Assembly (NCBI GenBank): GCA_038133845.1
Contig: JAYPUA010000002.1
Coordinates: 61,912 to 125,911 of the forward strand
Length of the DNA stretch: 64,000 nt
Source of the DNA: Deltaproteobacteria bacterium
Lineage (GTDB): Bacteria; SAR324; NAC60-12
Reading direction: 5' to 3'
The position numbers were made by a program, and so were the translations under genes. Positions 58,140 through 64,000 of the stretch are shown piece by piece. Under the pieces are notes generated by a model. The model searched no databases. It had not been told where the DNA came from and worked only from the letters and a program-made list of their open reading frames with translations. Each line of letters begins with the position of its first letter. The first letter of the stretch is position 1.

Positions 58140-59777
58140 ATGAGAAATGAAGCAAAATCCAGCAAGATGATGGACCGCCGCAGCTTTTTGAAGGGGGTCA
58201 CCGGAGTTGCCGCAGGCGTGACTGCAGGGGCAGTCCTCCCGATCAATGCTGTGAGTTGGGCAAAAAGCGGGGGGACCCTCTCCATGCTGGTTCAGCCGGA
58301 AGTGCCCACCCTGGCCAGCTACCTGAGCACCTCCATGCCCGTGGGACAGACCGCCAGCAAGATCTACGACGGTCTGCTGGAGTACAACTTCGACCTGAGC
58401 CTTCGCCCGGGATTGGCAGAAAGCTGGGACATCTCCGCAGACGGGAAGACCATTACCTTCAAGATCCGCAAGGGCGTGAAGTTTCACGATGGCAAGCCGA
58501 TGACGGCAGAGGATGCCCGGTACTCGATCATGGACGTACTTCGCGAGTACCATCCCCGTGGAAAAGGCAATTTCAGCCTGATCACCCAGGCAACGGTGCC
58601 GGACGACTACACCCTGATCCTGACCCTCTCCGCCCCATCGCCTTCGATGATGATGGCCTTCTCCGGATACGAGTCGCCGATTCTTCCCAAGCACCTGTTT
58701 GAGGGCAAGGACATCAAGAACCACCCGAACGCCAACGCCCCGATTGGGACCGGCCCCTTCAAGTTTGTGGAGTGGAAACGCGGGCAGTACATGCGCTTTG
58801 ACCGCAACCCGGACTACTGGTCTTCAGGAGAACCCAAGCTGGACCGGATCGTCATCCGCACCATTCCGGACTCCTCCACCCGCTCTGCAGTTCTGGAAAA
58901 GGGGGAAGCCCACCTGGCAGGCTTTGGGGCCGTGCCCTACAGTGACGCCGCGCGGCTGGCCAAGCTGCCCACCATCCAGGTCACCAAGCAAGGCTACGAG
59001 ATGTTCTCCCCAATCGGAGAGTTGGACTTCAACACCAAGGAGAAGCCTTTTGACGACAAGCGGGTCCGCCAGGCGATTGCTTACGCGATTGACCGCAACT
59101 TTGTTGCCCAGAATGTCTGGTTCGGCTTTGCACGTCCGGCAACCGGGCCGATCAATTCCAACTTCCGGGCTTCCGGACTCTACACCGATCAGGTGAAGCG
59201 CTACGACGTGCCGAACGGGATGGAGTTGGCAGAGAAACTGCTCGATGAGGCAGGATATCCGCGCAAGAGCGACGGCACCCGGATGGAGATCACGCTGGAT
59301 GTGACGCCTTACGGAGAGGAGTGGCAGCGCTTCGGCGAATACACGGTGCAGCGGATGGATCAACTCGGCATCAAAGCCAAGATCCGCTATGAGGACGTCG
59401 CCACCTGGCTCAAGCGCATTTACACCAACTACGACTTCCAAGTCACCGCAAACTGGCTGAACACCTTTGCCGATCCGGTGCTGGGTGTCCACCGCCTGTA
59501 CCACTCAGGAGAAATCAAGCCCGGGACGGTGTTCAAGAATGCCAGCCGCTGGTCTTCCCCAAGGACGGACCAACTGATGGACCTCGCCAAGGTGGAGCCA
59601 GACCCCAAGAAGCGTGCGGAGTACTATCACGAGTTCCAGAAGATCCTCTGCGAGGAGGTCCCTGTGGCGTGGTGCGTGGAGATCCTCTTCCCCACGGTTG
59701 TCAACGCAGACTTCAAGAAGGTCATCGACAGCGCCATCGGCCTGGCCGGGAACTTCCGCAGTGGAGAAAAAGCCTAG
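58140..59777 (+). CDS. ABC transporter substrate-binding protein, family 5, Tat signal
   Basis: Start re-picked to MRNEAKSSKMMDRRSFLKGVTGVAAGV (twin-Arg RRSFLK), SD AGGAGA upstream. Confidence 0.85.
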   Translation: MRNEAKSSKMMDRRSFLKGVTGVAAGVTAGAVLPINAVSWAKSGGTLSMLVQPEVPTLASYLSTSMPVGQTASKIYDGLLEYNFDLSLRPGLAESWDISADGKTITFKIRKGVKFHDGKPMTAEDARYSIMDVLREYHPRGKGNFSLITQATVPDDYTLILTLSAPSPSMMMAFSGYESPILPKHLFEGKDIKNHPNANAPIGTGPFKFVEWKRGQYMRFDRNPDYWSSGEPKLDRIVIRTIPDSSTRSAVLEKGEAHLAGFGAVPYSDAARLAKLPTIQVTKQGYEMFSPIGELDFNTKEKPFDDKRVRQAIAYAIDRNFVAQNVWFGFARPATGPINSNFRASGLYTDQVKRYDVPNGMELAEKLLDEAGYPRKSDGTRMEITLDVTPYGEEWQRFGEYTVQRMDQLGIKAKIRYEDVATWLKRIYTNYDFQVTANWLNTFADPVLGVHRLYHSGEIKPGTVFKNASRWSSPRTDQLMDLAKVEPDPKKRAEYYHEFQKILCEEVPVAWCVEILFPTVVNADFKKVIDSAIGLAGNFRSGEKA

Positions 59778-59846
59778 CGCCCCTCCTCCTCCTGAGCTAG
59801 CATCCGGACTGAATGTCGGGGGATATCCCTCCGAGCGGTCCTGACG

Positions 59847-59902
59847 CAGCACGTGCTGAGAGGCTCTTGCTCCAGATCGCAGCGAGCCTCTTTCAGCACG
59901 TG
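59847..59902 (+). promoter_or_regulatory. long imperfect inverted repeat between SBP and permease genes (intercistronic hairpin)
   Basis: gcagcacgtgctgagaggctc ... gagcctctttcagcacgtg, about 17-bp arms. Confidence 0.45.
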
Positions 59903-59922
59903 TCCCTTCCTCCAGATGGCCT

Positions 59923-60909
59923 GTGAACCACTTTCGACAGCAACTCCTTTTTGTCCTGAAGCGCCTGATCCAAGCGATTCCGGTGCTCTGGGGAATTGCG
60001 ATCCTCAACTTCTTCCTGGTGCACATGGCCCCGGGCAACCCGGCAGATGTCCTTGCGGGCGAGGCAGGCTCGGCAACCCCAGAGTACATGGCCATGCTCC
60101 GGGCTCAATTTGGCTTGGACCAACCCCTCTGGAAGCAGCTGCTCTCATACATGACCAACCTCCTGCAACTCGACCTGGGCTACTCCTGGCGTCACGGGAT
60201 GCCGGTGCTGGAGTTGATCCTGGACCGCCTGGGGCCGACCTTGCTCCTGATGACGTCCACCCTTCTGGTTGCTGTGGGCGTGGGAATCCTGCTGGGGCTG
60301 TTTGCCGCGTTGCGGGTGGGGCAGTGGCGGGACTCCATCATCTCCACCCTGGCCATCATCTCCTACGCAACCCCGCTCTTCTGGGTGGGACTGATGCTGA
60401 TTCTCGTGTTCTCCCTCAAGCTGGACCTCCTCCCGGCCACCGGGATGGAGAACGTCATCATGTTCTATGAGGGCTGGGACCGCGTGGTCGACATTCTCCA
60501 GCATCTGATTCTCCCCACCGTAACGCTCTCTCTGTTCTATCTGGCGCTCTATACGCGCCTGATGCGGGCCTCGATTCTGGAGCAGCACGGGATGGACTAC
60601 GTGGTCACCGCCCGGGCCAAGGGCGTCTCCGAGCGAGGCATCCTCTACCGGCATATCCTCAAGAACGCGATCCTCCCGGTGGTCACGATGGCCGGATTCC
60701 AGACCGGGGCGATGCTCGGCGGGTCCGTCGTGGTCGAAGCGGTGTTCGGGTGGCCCGGACTTGGACAGCTGGCCTTCCAGACCCTCTTTGCCCGAGACTA
60801 CAATCTCCTGCTAGGCATCTTCTTTCTCTCCTCGCTCCTGGTGGTGCTCATCAACTTGCTGGTAGACCTGATCTACACCTTCCTGGATCCTCGAATAGAG
60901 CTGCGTTGA
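59923..60909 (+). CDS. ABC transporter permease (DppB-like)
   Basis: 328 aa, TM-rich, typical DppB N-terminus. Confidence 0.85.
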   Translation: MNHFRQQLLFVLKRLIQAIPVLWGIAILNFFLVHMAPGNPADVLAGEAGSATPEYMAMLRAQFGLDQPLWKQLLSYMTNLLQLDLGYSWRHGMPVLELILDRLGPTLLLMTSTLLVAVGVGILLGLFAALRVGQWRDSIISTLAIISYATPLFWVGLMLILVFSLKLDLLPATGMENVIMFYEGWDRVVDILQHLILPTVTLSLFYLALYTRLMRASILEQHGMDYVVTARAKGVSERGILYRHILKNAILPVVTMAGFQTGAMLGGSVVVEAVFGWPGLGQLAFQTLFARDYNLLLGIFFLSSLLVVLINLLVDLIYTFLDPRIELR

Positions 60910-60910
60910 G

Positions 60911-61756
60911 ATGACCGAACACGAAGGATTCAAGGGGTTCGCCAGCCGCTTCTCCCGGAACAAAGGGGCCGTGATTGGCCTGCTCATTCTGGGAGTGATC
61001 GTCTTCCTTGCGCTGACGGCTCCCCTCCTGTATCCAGGGAATCCCTTCAGCGCAGTCGGGGAACCCTTTGAGCTGCCGTTTGAGCGGTTTTTCCTGGGAA
61101 CCGACCAGTTGGGCCGAGACGTCGCCGCAGGGCTGGCCCACGGAGCCCGAACGTCCCTGCTCATCGCCTTGATCGCGACCCTGATCTCCCTTTGCCTCGG
61201 GACCTTGATCGGTTGCACCTCCGGATACTACCCTGGAAAGGTGGACAACCTGCTGATGCGGCTGACCGAGTTCTTCCAGACGATCCCCTCATTTGTGTTT
61301 GCTATCGTCCTGGTGGCCATCATGCAGCCCTCGATCATGAGCATCGTGATCGCCATCTCCGTAGTGACCTGGCCTCCTGTCGCGCGGCTGGTACGTGGCG
61401 AAATGATGGCAATGCGGCGCCGGGAGTTTGTCGAGGCTTGCATCAGCCTCGGCATGAGGGACGCCCAGATCATCTTCCAGGAGATCCTTCCCAACCTGCT
61501 CTCGCCAATCATCGTCACAGGCTCCCTGATGGTGGCGACAGCGATCCTCATCGAGTCGGCGCTCGCGTTTCTTGGACTGGGAGACCCAAACGTGATGAGT
61601 TGGGGGTTCATGATCGGCGCCGGGCGCAGCTTCCTTCGCTCAGCCTGGTGGCTCTGTGCCTTTCCCGGAATGGCCATCATGCTCACGGTGCTCAGCATCA
61701 ACCTGATCGGGGAGGGGCTCAATGATGCGCTCAACCCTCGACTGAAGAACCTCTGA
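60911..61756 (+). CDS. ABC transporter permease (DppC-like)
   Basis: 281 aa, TM-rich, EAA-region. Confidence 0.85.
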   Translation: MTEHEGFKGFASRFSRNKGAVIGLLILGVIVFLALTAPLLYPGNPFSAVGEPFELPFERFFLGTDQLGRDVAAGLAHGARTSLLIALIATLISLCLGTLIGCTSGYYPGKVDNLLMRLTEFFQTIPSFVFAIVLVAIMQPSIMSIVIAISVVTWPPVARLVRGEMMAMRRREFVEACISLGMRDAQIIFQEILPNLLSPIIVTGSLMVATAILIESALAFLGLGDPNVMSWGFMIGAGRSFLRSAWWLCAFPGMAIMLTVLSINLIGEGLNDALNPRLKNL

Positions 61757-61761
61757 GCGCC

Positions 61762-63381
61762 ATGCCTTTGCTCTCCGTCCAGAACCTTAAGGTCCGCCTG
61801 CCCTCCGGAGGCGATCGTCCCTACGCCGTCCGCGGAGTCAGCTTCGATCTCTCGCCAGATGAGATCGTTTGCGTGGTCGGTGAGTCAGGATCCGGGAAGT
61901 CCATTCTGGCCAAGACCGTGATGGGGCTTCTCCCCCGAAAGCTCTCCGTGGAATCCGGAACGATCGAGTTTGAGGGCAGGAGCCTGCTGGAGCTGCGGGA
62001 GGGGCAAAGGCGTGCTCTGCGGGGAGAGCAGATGTCCATGATCTTCCAGGAGCCGATGAGCGCGCTCAATCCGCTGCACACGATTGGCCGGCAGATCGAT
62101 GAGGTGCTTCGGATTCACACCCGCCTGAAGCGGCGGGAGCGGGAAGCGAAGGTGCTGCAGATCCTGGAGGCCGTGAAGCTTCCCGATCCGCAGCACATCA
62201 TCAAGGCCTTCCCGCATGAGATCTCCGGGGGACAGCGGCAGCGGGCAATGATCGCGATGGCGCTAGTGCTGGGGCCCAAGTTTCTCGTGGCTGACGAGCC
62301 GACCACCGCGCTGGATGTCACCACCCAGGCCGAGATCCTCAGGCTCATTCGGGAGATTCAGCAGGCGCAGAAGACCGGGATTCTGTTCATCACTCACGAC
62401 TTCGGGGTGGTCGCGGAAGTCGCAGATCGTGTGGCCGTGATGAAGCACGGGGAGTTGGTGGAGTTGGGACGCACGGAGGAGGTGCTGAAAAGTCCGCAGC
62501 ACGAGTACACACGCTCACTCATCGAGGCTGTCCCCTCGTTGCACCCCCGACCTGTTCGGGCGCAGAAGACAGAGTCCCTCCTGGAGGTCCGGGAGCTCCA
62601 GAAGGTGTTTCGCAGCGGAGGCCTGCTGCTGGGGGCTCGGACGGTTCATGCCCTCAAAGGCGTCTCGCTGAGCCTGGCCCGTGGAACAACCCTAGGCATT
62701 GTGGGAGAGTCAGGATCCGGGAAGTCGACACTGGCTCGCTGCATCATCCGGCTCCTGGAAAGCGACTCCGGAGAAATCCGCTATGCCGAGCATAACCTCG
62801 TTGGTCTGAGCAACGCCGAGTTGCTCCCGATTCGCAAGCGCATCCAGATGGTCTTTCAGGACCCTTACGGTTCGCTTAACCCCAGGCTCACCGTAGTGCG
62901 CATGATCGCCCAAGGCCCGATGCTTCACGGAACTTCCCGTGCCGAGGCCGAGCGGCGAGCCTCAGAGCTTCTGGAGTTGGTCGGCCTGGACGCTTCAGCA
63001 GCCCATCGCTATCCCCACGAATTCTCCGGTGGGCAGCGGCAGCGTATCGGAATCGCACGAGCCCTGGCCCTGGAGCCGGAAATTCTGGTCGCCGATGAGC
63101 CGGTCTCGGCCCTCGATGTCTCGGTGCAGGCCCAAGTGCTCCGCCTGCTGGAAAGCATCCGGGAGCGACTTCACCTGTCCATGATTTTTGTCACTCACGA
63201 CCTGCGGGTTGCCGCACAGGTCTGCGACTCCATCATGGTCATGCAGCGGGGCGAAGTCGTCGAGTTTGGAGCAACAACGGAGGTCTACTCCAACCCGCAA
63301 CATCCCTACACTCAAAAGCTGCTGGAGGCGATCCCCGGAAAGATGTGGGATCAAGCCGCGCCGGCAACTCAAACCCCGTAA
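61762..63381 (+). CDS. ABC transporter ATP-binding protein, fused double ATPase
   Basis: 539 aa; two Walker A (GESGSGKS x2), two LSGG signatures. Confidence 0.85.
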   Translation: MPLLSVQNLKVRLPSGGDRPYAVRGVSFDLSPDEIVCVVGESGSGKSILAKTVMGLLPRKLSVESGTIEFEGRSLLELREGQRRALRGEQMSMIFQEPMSALNPLHTIGRQIDEVLRIHTRLKRREREAKVLQILEAVKLPDPQHIIKAFPHEISGGQRQRAMIAMALVLGPKFLVADEPTTALDVTTQAEILRLIREIQQAQKTGILFITHDFGVVAEVADRVAVMKHGELVELGRTEEVLKSPQHEYTRSLIEAVPSLHPRPVRAQKTESLLEVRELQKVFRSGGLLLGARTVHALKGVSLSLARGTTLGIVGESGSGKSTLARCIIRLLESDSGEIRYAEHNLVGLSNAELLPIRKRIQMVFQDPYGSLNPRLTVVRMIAQGPMLHGTSRAEAERRASELLELVGLDASAAHRYPHEFSGGQRQRIGIARALALEPEILVADEPVSALDVSVQAQVLRLLESIRERLHLSMIFVTHDLRVAAQVCDSIMVMQRGEVVEFGATTEVYSNPQHPYTQKLLEAIPGKMWDQAAPATQTP

Positions 63382-64000
63382 AATTCGGCGACCTTGCGCG
63401 TTACGTAGCGCTGGGCCTCCTCGGTCACTCCGGGATAGACCGGCAGGGAGAGGAGCGTCTCGGCAGCGGTGTTGGACACCGGGAACGCCTCCTTGGCATA
63501 GCCCAGATCTGCGAAGCACTCCTGCTTGTGGAAAGGTAGAGGGTAGTAGACTTCCGAAGCGATGCCTTCTTGCTGCAAGAACGCCTTCAGCTCGTCACGC
63601 CGGAGCGCCCGGGCCATGAACTGATTGTAGATATGTCGATTCGAAAGCGAGCGATCGTGCACCGCTTCCGGGAGGCGGATAAAGTCATTCAGTCCAGTCT
63701 CCTCGAACATCCGGAAGTAGCGTGCGGCGTTCTGCTGACGCTGCTGATGCCATGAGTCCAAACGCTTGAGCTTGAGTCGCACGACGACCGCCTGGATGGG
63801 ATCAAGCCGGAAGTTGCCTCCGATGACGCGGTGAAAGTAGCGCTCCTCTGCTCCGTGAACCCGTTTGATACGGATCTTGTAGGCCAACTCCGGATCATTG
63901 ACCGTGATGATCCCTCCGTCTCCAAGGCCTCCCAGATTCTTGGAGGGGAAGAACGAGAAGCACCCGGCCACCCCCACGCTGCCTGCGCGGCGACGCTCGC
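63369..64000 (-). CDS. DegT/DnrJ/EryC1/StrS-family PLP aminotransferase (C-terminal part; gene runs off the window end)
   Basis: C-terminal domain motifs GGNFRLDPIQAVVVRLKL and SLPVYPGVTEE; frame is open to position 64000. Confidence 0.7.
   Translation of the reverse strand, partial: ERRRAGSVGVAGCFSFFPSKNLGGLGDGGIITVNDPELAYKIRIKRVHGAEERYFHRVIGGNFRLDPIQAVVVRLKLKRLDSWHQQRQQNAARYFRMFEETGLNDFIRLPEAVHDRSLSNRHIYNQFMARALRRDELKAFLQQEGIASEVYYPLPFHKQECFADLGYAKEAFPVSNTAAETLLSLPVYPGVTEEAQRYVTRKVAEFYGV

Noticed and set aside
1-64000. CRISPR arrays, transposases, integrases, phage genes, toxin-antitoxin pairs
   Set aside because: Looked for direct-repeat/spacer periodicity, DDE/tyrosine recombinase motifs and small paired ORFs; none found in this window.

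Overview
High-GC (roughly 60-65%) bacterial chromosomal segment, densely packed with about 56 protein-coding genes, mostly in tight co-directional blocks. No rRNA, tRNA, CRISPR array, transposase or integrase was recognised. Recognisable content, left to right: a minus-strand catabolic operon (FAD flavoprotein, isochorismatase-family hydrolase, hydantoinase-A-like); pyruvate phosphate dikinase; a four-gene cytoplasmic group-3b-type [NiFe] hydrogenase operon (hydB-hydG-hydD-hydA architecture) ending in an overlapping GNAT gene; a tight operon of a family-5 ABC importer with a YtcJ-type amidohydrolase, a COG0523 (CobW-like) metallochaperone GTPase and a small secreted protein; a DEAD-box helicase; aspS; a Gln-rich secreted coiled-coil protein; a flagellar rod locus flgB-flgC-(81-aa ORF)-fliE preceded co-directionally by a Kelch-repeat lipoprotein, an outer-membrane-type lipoprotein and a 1251-aa fused 5-oxoprolinase; a TlpA-like periplasmic redoxin whose active-site first Cys codon is an in-frame TGA (U-x-x-C, with a SECIS-like hairpin; candidate selenoprotein or pseudogene); an orphan ParA ATPase; an esterase-GNAT fusion; a SorC-regulated sugar/polyol-phosphate cluster (two FGGY kinases, two HAD phosphatases, G1P-dehydrogenase/DHQS-like enzyme); thiolase; kynU-kynA; a cfa-DUF1365-amine oxidase cluster; def-mutM; isocitrate lyase divergent from a RamB/ScfR-type regulator with palindromic operators; and a LysR, D-cysteine desulfhydrase, Asp/Glu racemase, second family-5 ABC importer locus. 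The window ends inside a DegT-family aminotransferase. Many long ORFs in the supplied track are antisense artefacts of high GC or N-terminally over-extended; starts were re-picked where a conserved N-terminus or gene overlap made that possible. All identifications are by eye from conserved motifs and remembered family sequences, with no database search.
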